DNA of 32,457 nucleotides, from the NCBI GenBank assembly GCA_026387595.1, contig JAPLLL010000007.1, positions 1-32,457 of the forward strand. The letters are read 5' to 3'. Numbering within the stretch: the first letter of the stretch is position 1; each line of letters starts with the position of its first letter. This DNA is from Candidatus Omnitrophota bacterium. Lineage in GTDB: Bacteria > Omnitrophota > Gorgyraeia > JABMQH01. Under the pieces are notes generated by a model that worked only from the letters and a program-made list of their open reading frames with translations, had not been told where the DNA came from and searched no databases. The position numbers were made by a program, and so were the translations under genes. Shown in pieces: positions 7,168-16,404 of the stretch.

Positions 7168-8067
7168 ATGAGATCAAAAACCATACTAATAACCGGCGGC
7201 GCAGGTTTTATCGGTTCTTACCTTTGCGAGTTTCTTTTGCAAAAAGGGTTTAAGGTTATATGTATGGATAACCTTATAACAGGCAGCCTCTCTAATGTCT
7301 CTCACCTTTTTAAGCATCCTAAATTTGAATTTGTCAAACATAATGTTTCGCGCTATATAACGATAAAAGGAAATATTTATTGTGTGCTCCATTTTGCCTC
7401 GCCCGCAAGCCCGGTAGACTATCTAAAGTTTCCAATACAAACAGCCAAGGCAAAAGGCGCCAGGTTCCTTTTGGCCTCTACAAGCGAGGTATACGGAGAT
7501 CCGCTAATACATCCGCAGCCCGAATCATACTGGGGCAATGTAAACCCCGTAGGGCCAAGAGGAGTATATGATGAGGCAAAACGGTTTGCAGAAGCGATAA
7601 CAATGGCTTACCACAGGGTCCATAAGATAGATACCAAGATAGTCCGTATTTTTAATACCTACGGCCCAAGGATGCGGAAAGAAGACGGCAGGGCAATACC
7701 AAATTTTGTAAGCAAGGCCCTTAAAAATAAACCTATTACCGTATACGGGAAGGGCCGACAGACCAGGCGTTTCTGCTATGTTACTGACCTGGTAGACGGG
7801 CTATATAGGCTTATGAACTCTAGCATTAACGAACCCGTGAATATCGGAAACCCGAATGAAATGACCATTCTGAAACTTGCTAAAGAGATTATAAAAATTT
7901 CAGAGAGTAAAAGCAAGATCGTATATAAACCGCTTCCTCAGGATGATCCCAAAACGCGTCAGCCGGATATAAAAAAGGCAAGCGCGCTTTTAAAGTGGAA
8001 ACCGAAAGTAGGCCTGGAAGAAGGGCTGACCGAAACTATAAATTATTTTAGAAAGATCTCTGGTTAA
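7168..8067 (+). CDS. uxs: UDP-glucuronate decarboxylase (UDP-xylose synthase) homologue with a 14-aa internal in-frame gap
   Basis: [54 protein letters not shown] and QTRRFCYV match UXS. The TNxxGTxNxLGL helix expected between PIQT and AKAKGARF is absent. Confidence 0.8.
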   Translation: MRSKTILITGGAGFIGSYLCEFLLQKGFKVICMDNLITGSLSNVSHLFKHPKFEFVKHNVSRYITIKGNIYCVLHFASPASPVDYLKFPIQTAKAKGARFLLASTSEVYGDPLIHPQPESYWGNVNPVGPRGVYDEAKRFAEAITMAYHRVHKIDTKIVRIFNTYGPRMRKEDGRAIPNFVSKALKNKPITVYGKGRQTRRFCYVTDLVDGLYRLMNSSINEPVNIGNPNEMTILKLAKEIIKISESKSKIVYKPLPQDDPKTRQPDIKKASALLKWKPKVGLEEGLTETINYFRKISG

Positions 8068-8068
8068 A

Positions 8069-9700
8069 ATGCAGATCATGAGTAAGCTTTTTTTAATCCT
8101 CCTAATTATTGCTATATTTAATCTAAACCTGTTTTTAAACCCGGCCTTGTCTTATTCTTCCGCAGATGTACCTGTAGGGCACTGGTCCTATGAAGTGCTT
8201 GAAAAGCTTTCAATAGGAGGGCTTATGAGCACCTCCGGCCTGGATGTCAAGCCGATGTCAAGGGTCCAGATGGCCTATAAGATAAAAGAGGCCATGGACA
8301 ATGTTGAAGACGAAAACCTGCCGCTGCACCTTGCCCTTGACAGGGATTACATAGAATATCTTCAGAAGATGCTATACAGGCTTATGGATGAATTCCGACA
8401 GGAGCTTGTGCTGGTGGGGGCAACGGCAGCCCAGCTGAAAAGCTCAGATGAGGCCACTGTTTTGGATAAATATATCAAAATGAACGCCGGCTCTCCCGTT
8501 AAGACAGAACACCGTTACGCGAAGGTAGGTTCGCGCAAAGATACGTTGCTGGAAAACGAAAACGGCCTAAGGCTCCGGGACGGTTATAACTTGAGGGTCA
8601 GGGCATATCCCTGGGCCACGATACACGACATGGCTACATTAAGCGCCACTCCCGAATTCAGGCTTACGGATTCTGGCAATCAGCTGTTTTTTGAAGAACT
8701 TGCGGCTAAATTCTCTGTTTCTAATTTAGAATTAACGGCGGGCAGGAGCGCCATGTGGTGGGGGCCGGGTTATCACGGTTCCATGCTGCTTAGTAATAAC
8801 GCCAAACCGTTAGACCTTGTAAGGTTCCAGACGATCAAAAATTTCAGGCTGCCCTGGGGTTTAGAAAAAATAGGCTCTTTCGGCGTGGATTTTTTCGTAA
8901 GCCAGCTTGAAAAAGACAGGACCGTTCAAAAGCCGAAATTCGGGGGGTTGCGCCTGGAGTATTCACCCCTGCGCTGCCTGACATTGAGCGCAAACCGCAC
9001 GGCCATTTTTGGCGGCAAAGGCAGGCCTAAGCTTCATTTCCATGATTATATGCGTATATTTACCGGAACGAACGACTTGAATCAGGATACTGATAAAAAT
9101 AACGCTGACCAGCTTGCATCATTCGGTGCGCGCCTTGCAATTCCGCTGAGGCCGGAAGCGCGTATCGCGTCAGGTGTAGAGCTTTACGGAGAATGGGCCG
9201 GCGAAGATAAATTTGCCCCCTGGGAAAATGAATCGCCGGGCTTTTTAACCGGCATGTTTTTGACAGATGTTTTAAATAATGACGGAACCGATCTCAGGGT
9301 TGAATATGCAAAGAATAAATCCGGCTGGTACAACCACGGGATATACGATGCAGCAGGTACCGGCACGGCTTATACCTACAAAGGCGAGATCATCGGGCAC
9401 CATATGGGCGGAGATGCCGACGATCTGTTTTTAAGGCTTTCAAAGGAGGTGCCTTTTTTGACCACTCCATTTTTTAATTTTGTAAAGGTCGGCGCACAGC
9501 TGGATCTGGAAAGGCACGGGATAAGCCTGGATGTTACGGAGAAACGGACGCAGATCGTAGCTGATATCACATGGTGCCATTTTGATGCCGTTCTATTCGC
9601 GCTAAGGTACGAGTTTGAGGATTACAGGGATTTTGGTTATGAATCCGGCAAAAGATCCCAGAATAATATTTTTTTGACAGAGGTGGATTTTAAATTTTAA
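8069..9700 (+). CDS. Outer-membrane beta-barrel protein with an N-terminal SLH-like/Wzi-like motif (candidate capsule-assembly Wzi-family protein)
   Basis: A signal-peptide-like N-terminus is followed by DVPVGHWSYEVLEKLSIGGLM...KPMSRVQMAYKI (SLH/Wzi-like), then a helical segment. The Gly/aromatic-rich C-terminal region ends ...EVDFKF, with the terminal Phe typical of OMP beta-signals. It lies directly upstream of the Wza-like gene. Confidence 0.55.
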   Translation: MQIMSKLFLILLIIAIFNLNLFLNPALSYSSADVPVGHWSYEVLEKLSIGGLMSTSGLDVKPMSRVQMAYKIKEAMDNVEDENLPLHLALDRDYIEYLQKMLYRLMDEFRQELVLVGATAAQLKSSDEATVLDKYIKMNAGSPVKTEHRYAKVGSRKDTLLENENGLRLRDGYNLRVRAYPWATIHDMATLSATPEFRLTDSGNQLFFEELAAKFSVSNLELTAGRSAMWWGPGYHGSMLLSNNAKPLDLVRFQTIKNFRLPWGLEKIGSFGVDFFVSQLEKDRTVQKPKFGGLRLEYSPLRCLTLSANRTAIFGGKGRPKLHFHDYMRIFTGTNDLNQDTDKNNADQLASFGARLAIPLRPEARIASGVELYGEWAGEDKFAPWENESPGFLTGMFLTDVLNNDGTDLRVEYAKNKSGWYNHGIYDAAGTGTAYTYKGEIIGHHMGGDADDLFLRLSKEVPFLTTPFFNFVKVGAQLDLERHGISLDVTEKRTQIVADITWCHFDAVLFALRYEFEDYRDFGYESGKRSQNNIFLTEVDFKF

Positions 9701-9777
9701 TGTCCCTCGCCTTGCATGAGAGACTCAAAGGCTCGGGATCAATTTCAGAATGTAAACGATAGAAATTGGGAGGAATG

Positions 9778-12700
9778 ATGAAAAAAAAGATTTTGGTTTT
9801 CAGCGTAATATGTTCTTTTTTGTTCTCTCAGCCATTGTCGCTGCTGGCCCAACAAAATGATATAAACGAGATAAGCGCCCAGCTGGAAGAGACAACAAAA
9901 AATCTGGAAAAGCTTAGCAACGGGGAAGAGGCGTATAGGAAGTTTACGTGTCCCGCCTGTGAACGGCAGTTTGAAATAGGAGTGGACCCCAACGACATAG
10001 AGTTAAAAAAAGGTATCAAGAAAGTAATCTGCCCCTATGACGGCACGGAATTTTACCCCCAGATCGCCGGCACTACTGAGCAGGAACTGCAATATGAGAC
10101 GATCCGCTGCCCGAACTGTGGCCGGGAATTCAAAAGTTATATAGACGTAAAGGCGCTATTATCGGGCCAGTCCCAGGTGCTGACCTGCCCTTATGACAAA
10201 CGTAAATTCTATTTCAAGGCAGAGGGTTTCAGGCCGGCGATATTGGCATGGGCAAATCTGCAGACCGTGATATGCCCCGCCGACAATAGGACTTTTAAGG
10301 CATATGTAGACCCTACGAATCTTAAAGAATTAACCTGCCCCTATGATGGGACAAAATTTTTCCCCACCCCTGAGCTGATTATTCCTCAACAAGGCATGGC
10401 GTCCGGTTTAAGTAGTAGCGGTATCGGTTCCGCCATGAAACAAACTACCTCAGGCAACGGCTTAGGAGATGCGGCGTTGCCAACAATGGTTTCCCAGGTA
10501 ACCGGCATTGCGCAACGGTTTGCGCCTGAAGAGAAACCTTCACGGATTGAGCAAATGTTCTCGGAACACATCCCCCTAAGCGTTTCAACAGCAATGAAAC
10601 AATTCGGGTATGACATGTTTAAACCAGTTGAAAAAATAAGCCAAGAGAAAGAACAAAAAGACCAGGGGGCACAGGCAACCGGTGAAAGCGGGAATAAGCT
10701 ATTAAATGTTCTGCTCGGCACGGGTCAGCAGGATAAAATGTCGGTTGCGGGAGGAGGTAGCGAAGGCGGACTTTCTATATTCTCCACGCCCGCGGAAATA
10801 CCCGTAATAAACGACTATATACTTGGCCCGGGCGATATGCTAAAGGTCTCTGTCTGGGGGCAGATACAGGAGGTTTTCCCGCTTACCATTGATTCTGAAG
10901 GTAAGGTGCTGCTTCCAAAGGTTGGCCCATTATATCTATGGGGCGTAAAATTCAGCGACGCCGAGAAACTGATCAAAGAGAATCTGCTTAAGGCGTATAC
11001 AAATATCGAGGTCAGCGTTTCTATGGGCAGGCTGCGCGGTATAAAAGTTTTTGTATTGGGAGAGTCCCAAAAACCGGGCGCCTACACAATAAGTGCTTTA
11101 TCAAATACGTTCCACGCCCTCTATGCCGCCGGCGGGCCGTCTAAAATAGGCTCGATGCGCAATATTAAACTTGTGCGGAAAGGCTCGGCCGATATGCCGG
11201 TTGATCTTTACAATATACTGCTCAAGGGGGATAACAGCCAGGACTATAAACTTGAGTCGGGCGATACAATATTTATACCCCCGATAGGCGACGTAGTCGG
11301 CGTAGCCGGTAACGTAAAGCGCCCTGCCATCTACGAACTTAAAGACAAGATCAAATTGAGCGACATGATAGATATGGCAGGCGGTTTTTCTTCAGTGAGT
11401 TATTTACAGCGGATCCAACTTGAAAGGATACAGGAACACCTGAGAAAAGTAGTTGTGGATCTGGAGTTTAAATCCCTCTCCGATTTAAAAAATTCCGACA
11501 ATAATCTTGAATTACAGGACGGAGATTTAATCCTGATATTCCCGATTACGCCTATTCGGTATAATTTCGTGTCGATTTCCGGAAACATCCTGAGGCCGGG
11601 TGATTACGAGCTTAAGCAAGGCATGCGGCTTAAGGACCTCATAGATAAGGCCGGCGGAATATTGCCTGGCACATACCTGAAGCGCGCCGAGGTCTCCAGG
11701 TTCAAGGGCGACCAGACAAGGGAGATAATGCCTATCAGCCTGATGGACCTTATGGACAACAGGGAAGAGGCCAATATAACGCTTAAGGAATGGGATACGG
11801 TCACGATATATTCGAGAAAAGAGGTTATGCCTAATCTTTTCGTGGCTATTGACGGTGCTGTCAATAATCCTGGCAAATACGAACTCACGGAAAATATGAA
11901 AGCAAGCGACCTGGTATTCAGGGCGGGCGGGTTAAAAAGCAGCGCGCTTTTATCGAATGCCGAACTATTCAGAAGCTTTGCCGATTCCGGCCCCAAGGTG
12001 TTCAATGTTGATTTAGGCCAGGTGATGTCAAAGGACATAGAGCAGGCCACTAAAAACGATGTAGTCCTGGAAGAAGGGGACCATTTATTCGTGCGCGAAG
12101 ACACCACAAAAGGCGAGCAGTTTATAATTACCGTATCCGGTGAGTTTAAGTACCCCGGCAAATATGCTGTTGAAAAAGGCGCAAAACTCAGCGCGGTCAT
12201 TAAAAGGGCGGGAGGTTTTACGGACAAGGCATTTTTGGACGGTTGTATTTTCACAAGGGAAAGCGTAAGGGTCGCGCAACAAAGAATGCTGAAGACCTAC
12301 ATAGAATCAGAACAAAAGGCTTTGCTGCAGGAGCAGTCTTCGATGGCGGTAGGGCTTACACCGGCCCAGGCGGACTCAAGGAACAAGCTGATTGAATACA
12401 GAAAAAATCTTATGCAGCAGCTGGAGTCGGTAGATATGCCTGGACGGGTGTTAATCAGGCTTAGTGGTATGAACAAATTTGAAAACAGTGAATATGACAT
12501 CACTATCGAAGACGGGGATACTTTATCTATCCCTATCTACCCCTCAACCGTCCAGGTGCTTTGGAACGTCTACGGGGCCGGCGTGGTTACATTCAGCGAA
12601 GGCAAAGGTATAGATTATTATATACAGAGAACAGGCGGGGTTACAAAATATGCCGATGTAAACAGGATCTTCATCATCAGGGCAAACGGAGAAACGATAA

Positions 12701-12867
12701 GCAGCTTTGTAAGGGCCGTAAAGGTAAAAAGAGGAGATGCTATCATTGTTCCGGAAGAGTTCAAATACAGAACGGTACCGGGACTTGTATTCAAAGATTT
12801 CGTGCAAGTTCTATATCAAGCTACATTGGGCGCTGCTGTTACTATTGCAGCGATAAATACAATGTAA
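9778..12867 (+). CDS. Large polysaccharide export protein (Wza-like Poly_export domain plus multiple SLBB repeats) with an N-terminal triple Cys-motif repeat
   Basis: It has a signal peptide. ILGPGDMLKVSVWGQ...GKVLLPKVGPLYLWG is the Poly_export signature. Repeated PG.Y.L....L.D.I..AGG units are SLBB-like, and the C-terminus has a hydrophobic helix. GGGAGG (9768-9773) precedes ATG 9775 and ATG 9778. Confidence 0.85.
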   Translation: MKKKILVFSVICSFLFSQPLSLLAQQNDINEISAQLEETTKNLEKLSNGEEAYRKFTCPACERQFEIGVDPNDIELKKGIKKVICPYDGTEFYPQIAGTTEQELQYETIRCPNCGREFKSYIDVKALLSGQSQVLTCPYDKRKFYFKAEGFRPAILAWANLQTVICPADNRTFKAYVDPTNLKELTCPYDGTKFFPTPELIIPQQGMASGLSSSGIGSAMKQTTSGNGLGDAALPTMVSQVTGIAQRFAPEEKPSRIEQMFSEHIPLSVSTAMKQFGYDMFKPVEKISQEKEQKDQGAQATGESGNKLLNVLLGTGQQDKMSVAGGGSEGGLSIFSTPAEIPVINDYILGPGDMLKVSVWGQIQEVFPLTIDSEGKVLLPKVGPLYLWGVKFSDAEKLIKENLLKAYTNIEVSVSMGRLRGIKVFVLGESQKPGAYTISALSNTFHALYAAGGPSKIGSMRNIKLVRKGSADMPVDLYNILLKGDNSQDYKLESGDTIFIPPIGDVVGVAGNVKRPAIYELKDKIKLSDMIDMAGGFSSVSYLQRIQLERIQEHLRKVVVDLEFKSLSDLKNSDNNLELQDGDLILIFPITPIRYNFVSISGNILRPGDYELKQGMRLKDLIDKAGGILPGTYLKRAEVSRFKGDQTREIMPISLMDLMDNREEANITLKEWDTVTIYSRKEVMPNLFVAIDGAVNNPGKYELTENMKASDLVFRAGGLKSSALLSNAELFRSFADSGPKVFNVDLGQVMSKDIEQATKNDVVLEEGDHLFVREDTTKGEQFIITVSGEFKYPGKYAVEKGAKLSAVIKRAGGFTDKAFLDGCIFTRESVRVAQQRMLKTYIESEQKALLQEQSSMAVGLTPAQADSRNKLIEYRKNLMQQLESVDMPGRVLIRLSGMNKFENSEYDITIEDGDTLSIPIYPSTVQVLWNVYGAGVVTFSEGKGIDYYIQRTGGVTKYADVNRIFIIRANGETISSFVRAVKVKRGDAIIVPEEFKYRTVPGLVFKDFVQVLYQATLGAAVTIAAINTM
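9943..10368 (+). repeat. Three tandem protein-level repeats, C-P-x-C-x3-F...(17-23 aa)...C-P-Y-D-x3-F, within the export protein
   Basis: The repeats are FTCPACERQFEIG...VICPYDGTEFYP, IRCPNCGREFKSY...LTCPYDKRKFYF and VICPADNRTFKAY...LTCPYDGTKFFP. The third has lost the second Cys. Confidence 0.8.
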
Positions 12868-12889
12868 GCCTCTTTTAAATAGTATAATA

Positions 12890-12906
12890 TTTCGACTAGA
12901 TCGAAA
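12890..12906. promoter_or_regulatory. Palindrome TTTCGA-N5-TCGAAA, 4 nt upstream of the -35 box of the regulator promoter (candidate operator)
   Basis: The 6-bp perfect arms (12890-12895 and 12901-12906) abut the TTGACG -35 element. Confidence 0.3.
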
Positions 12907-12910
12907 GGCA

Positions 12911-12939
12911 TTGACGCAAAAAGGGTTTGATATTATAAT
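12911..12939 (+). promoter_or_regulatory. Near-consensus sigma70 promoter (TTGACG - 17 nt - TATAAT) for the MarR-type regulator and downstream genes
   Basis: TTGACG lies at 12911-12916 and TATAAT at 12934-12939. ATG 12948 is only 8 nt past the -10 box and has no SD, which implies a leaderless or near-leaderless mRNA. Confidence 0.65.
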
Positions 12940-12947
12940 GGTGTTCA

Positions 12948-13286
12948 ATGATTGAACAAAACAATAAGCCCAAAGAAGAAGCTTTCTATATCATCAGGCA
13001 TCTGGAAGAGAACCCAGCCGCTACACAACGTACAGTTTCGGACAAATTAGGCATTTCACTAGGTAAAACCAACTACCTTATAAAAGAACTTATCAAAAAA
13101 GGTTTCATAGAAGCCCAGAATTTCACTTATAATTCCGGAAAGCTGCAGAAGGTCCAGTATCTACTTACAAAAGCGGGGCTCGAAGAGAAATGGCGCCTTG
13201 CGAATTATTTCATGCAGATAAAAGAAGCCGAATATAACGTTATGAAGCAGGAGCTGTCCAAACAGCATAATAATAAGGTTATATGA
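12948..13286 (+). CDS. MarR/winged-helix transcriptional regulator of the EPS-associated type
   Basis: The 112-aa protein carries QRTVSDKLGISLGKTNYLIKELIKKGFI (HTH) followed by KVQYLLTKAGLEEK (wing/helix), the typical architecture of small EPS-locus MarR regulators. Confidence 0.7.
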   Translation: MIEQNNKPKEEAFYIIRHLEENPAATQRTVSDKLGISLGKTNYLIKELIKKGFIEAQNFTYNSGKLQKVQYLLTKAGLEEKWRLANYFMQIKEAEYNVMKQELSKQHNNKVI

Positions 13287-14652
13287 ACGCATATATGATA
13301 TACCCGTGCCAGGGGAACATGACCAGTTTTAATCATGGTCTAGCATCCCTGATAGCGGTATTAAAACAACGCGGCCACCGCGTGCACCTGATGCTCGTGG
13401 ATGATTATACCGGCCCGCGTCGGATATTAAAAGACATAACAGATTTTAAGGCCGACCTGGTCGGTTTTTCCTGTGCGTCTAATTACTGGCAGTACGTAAA
13501 GACCTTGTCGCGGAAGATGCGTTCCGTTACGGGCCTAAAAAATATGCCGATATTCGTAGGCGCGCCCCACGCAATATCATGCCCCTCCTCCCTGGCCGAA
13601 AGCCCTGATATAGACGGTTTTTGCGTAAGCGAAGCAGGGATTTTACGGATACTGCCGGCTTTTATTTCAGGGATCGAAAGGGTAGCGTAATAAAAAATGA
13701 TATCGGTATGTTAATAGATGACCTTGACGGACTGCCGTTCCCGGACAGGCAGGAGTATCCGCAGGCGGTGTTCCATAACTATGCCAATTTTATGTTTTCT
13801 AGAGGATGCCCGTATTCCTGCAGCTATTGCTGCAATTCCACATATCACCGGATATTCAGAGGAAAAGGAAATATGATACGGCACAGGAGCGTATCAAAAG
13901 CTATCGAAGAAATAAGATTATTTCTCGGTAAATATAAATCTAAGATGTTAAGTTTTGACGACGACTGTTTCAATAAAAAACCGCAGTGGTTCAGGGAATT
14001 TTGCGCCGAGTACAAAAATAATATCGGTATTCCGTATACATGTAACACGAGGCCTGAATTATTGGACAGTGAAACCGCGAGGATGCTGAAGGGGTCGGGA
14101 TGCAGGAAGATTAATATAGGCATTGAATCCGGGGACGAGACACTGAGGAGGACGGTCCTTAACCGCAACATGCGGGACGAGCAGATCATAGCGGCTTTTA
14201 ATTACGCGAAAGAAGCCGGGCTCGAGACGATGTCTTTTAACATGATAGGTTTCCCGGGCGAGACTAAAGAAAGCATTCAAAGTACCGTAAACCTGAATAA
14301 ATTGATCAAGCCGACCTACGCGCAGGTATCCGTATTTTATCCGTACGCGGGTACTCCGCTCGGAGAGCTTTGCAGGGAAAAAGGGTACATTGAAAAAGAA
14401 AGCAGCCTGTTCAGCTATATCGGACAGGGTGTTTCGGCGCTTAACCTACCGGGCCTTTCGAAAAAAGAGATAAAGGATATGTTCTTGACGTTCGACCTTC
14501 AGATATCAGGCGCCCCGGGCGGTTTTAAGAAGGCGTATATCGCAAAAAAACTCAAATACGCTATTTTTTCGCTTTACAGCCGCCTTCCGTATTTTTTGAA
14601 AGATTTCCTGAAACATGCGCGTGCATGTGCGGACGCGCATTCCATTTTGTAA
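13283..14652 (+). pseudogene. B12-binding-domain radical SAM enzyme, interrupted by a frame change near 13630-13650
   Basis: The 5' ORF (13283-13690) encodes a cobalamin-binding Rossmann domain (DLVGFSC...PIFVGAPHA...DIDGFCVSEAG). The 3' ORF (frame of 13621-14652) continues with DFTDTAGFYFRDRKGSVIKN...LPFPDR...SRGCPYSCSYCC (CxxxCxxC)...INIGIESGD. One protein is split over two frames. Confidence 0.8.
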
Positions 14653-14670
14653 AGAAAGGGGAGGGGATTT

Positions 14671-15303
14671 ATGAATTATGAAATAAACATTTTTCATTAC
14701 GTGGATATTTATAAGAAAGAGTGGAAGCGAATAGGATTTGTGATGCTGATAGTTTTATTTGTCACTATCTTTGTAGGTATCCTTCAACCGACGGCGTATA
14801 GGTCTACCGCTATTATATTGTCGCCGAAAGCAGGTGGACAGACCGGCGGCGTGGGGCAGTATTTAAGTTTTCTAAATATTGGTGCAGGCAGCGGTTCTGA
14901 CGATGTCGTTTTTTCAATGTTAAAGAGCGCGCGCATGAGGCGGGATATAAACGAATATTTTAACCTTAAAGAGAATCCCAAGTTCTGGTGGATTTTGGAT
15001 ACATATATCGTAACTGGCGGCTTTGCCGTAGAGGTAAAGGGACCCGATCCGGAGATGACAGAGAAAATAGCTAACTTTGCCATAACAAATTTAGACAAAA
15101 TAAACGCAGAACTTCAGGTCACGGCGCAGCGCCCTATGGCCAAGGTCCTTGACCCGGCCGTTAAAGGTGCTCCTATGTCAAAAAATATCTTCAAAAGGGC
15201 TATTGCCGTTACCCTTATTGTTTTCATGGTTTATTTTCTTTTTATATTTTTCAGGGAATATCTTGCCCAGTTAAAAAGCACGAGAAAAATAAACAGTATA
15301 TGA
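14671..15303 (+). CDS. Short Wzz-like polysaccharide co-polymerase / chain-length determinant family protein
   Basis: It has an N-terminal Wzz-type segment (YKKEWKRIGFVMLIVLFVTIFVGILQPTAYRSTAIIL), a periplasmic region and a C-terminal TM helix (AIAVTLIVFMVYFLFIFF). GGGGAGGGG precedes the ATG. Confidence 0.6.
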   Translation: MNYEINIFHYVDIYKKEWKRIGFVMLIVLFVTIFVGILQPTAYRSTAIILSPKAGGQTGGVGQYLSFLNIGAGSGSDDVVFSMLKSARMRRDINEYFNLKENPKFWWILDTYIVTGGFAVEVKGPDPEMTEKIANFAITNLDKINAELQVTAQRPMAKVLDPAVKGAPMSKNIFKRAIAVTLIVFMVYFLFIFFREYLAQLKSTRKINSI

Positions 15304-16391
15304 TAGAACCAAAACCCTGCATTAAAAAGCTGTTTAGGATCCCGCCCTCAAGTTTAGGACGGGCGGGCAAAATATTCAGGCTGGATAGAAATGAACACAC
15401 TACACCTTTTCCCGCAAGCCACATGAAGAGGATATGGAAAAATATGGATCCGGATGAAATTGTAGCCTATCCGGAATTGGAACCGTTTTATAAGAAGCTT
15501 TCAAAATGGCTTGGCGTAGACAGACAGGAGGTGCTTATAAGCAGCGGCTCGGATACGGCTATAAAAGCGGTATTTGAAGTTTATGTGGAAGAAGGCGATG
15601 AGGTAGTGATGTTTCCGCCTACCTATGAGATGTATGCTGTGTATTGTGGCATGTTCGGGGCGGCAAAAAAAGAGGTTTTTTACAATGCAGATTTTACATT
15701 ACCGCTAAAAAGAGTTATTGAAGCTATAAATTCTAAGACAAAACTTATAATCATTGCGAACCCAAATCATCCAGGGACATGTTTTGAAGAATCGCAGCTC
15801 CTTGAGGTTCTTAAAACCGCGCGCAATAACCATGCGCTGGTGCTTATAGATGAAGCCTATTATCATTTTTGTAATTTAACTATGCTTCCTCATATCTATA
15901 AATTTGATAATCTCGTTATCGTTCGGACATTTTCCAAGGCATTTGGTATAGCCTCTTTAAGAGTCGGCTATACAGTAAGTAATAAAAGTGTGATTACAGA
16001 TTTATATAAGGTTAAGCTTACGCATGAGATAACAGCCATATCTGCAAAATTTGGGGAATATCTTCTGGATAACCCTGGTATTATGACGAATTATGTTGCA
16101 GACGTAAAAAGGGGGATCAAGTATCTTTCATCTGAGTTTAAAAAAATGGGATTCTATGTTCCAGATACCAGCGCGAATTTTTTATATGCGCGTCTTCCTG
16201 CGGGTATCGACTCGAAAAAAATAATCGCGCGCTTAAAAGAAAAAAATTTTTATATAAAGGGGCCGTTTGCCGTGGTTCCTATAAACGGGTGCATAAGGAT
16301 TACGGCAGGACCCGTAAAACAAATGTATGTTTTTATGCGGGCATTTAAAACGATCTATGAAAAAGAGAACCAGTCGCAATCTAAAGTATAA
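15300..16391 (+). CDS. Histidinol-phosphate/aromatic aminotransferase-family PLP enzyme (class I/II aminotransferase)
   Basis: RLDRNE, YPE..., SGSDTAIK, IIANPNHPGT, LIDEAYYHF and RTFSKAFGIASLRVGY (PLP lysine motif) match the family. Confidence 0.8.
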   Translation: MIEPKPCIKKLFRIPPSSLGRAGKIFRLDRNEHTTPFPASHMKRIWKNMDPDEIVAYPELEPFYKKLSKWLGVDRQEVLISSGSDTAIKAVFEVYVEEGDEVVMFPPTYEMYAVYCGMFGAAKKEVFYNADFTLPLKRVIEAINSKTKLIIIANPNHPGTCFEESQLLEVLKTARNNHALVLIDEAYYHFCNLTMLPHIYKFDNLVIVRTFSKAFGIASLRVGYTVSNKSVITDLYKVKLTHEITAISAKFGEYLLDNPGIMTNYVADVKRGIKYLSSEFKKMGFYVPDTSANFLYARLPAGIDSKKIIARLKEKNFYIKGPFAVVPINGCIRITAGPVKQMYVFMRAFKTIYEKENQSQSKV

Positions 16392-16404
16392 AACAAAAGA
16401 GCTG

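Noticed and set aside
9781-9789. Shorter poly(A) runs (for example 8-9 A at the start of the wza-like gene and in rmlB near 3731-3738) as phase-variation tracts
   Set aside because: They are common in AT-rich Lys-coding sequence and too short to single out. Only the 15-nt tract in pseG is reported.
7073-12947. Intrinsic terminators after the epimerase (7072), the Wzi-like gene (9700) and the wza-like gene (12867)
   Set aside because: I found no GC-rich stem followed by a T-tract. The 9703-9739 region pairs only as 3+3 bp with an internal mismatch, and the 12890-12906 palindrome lacks a T-run.
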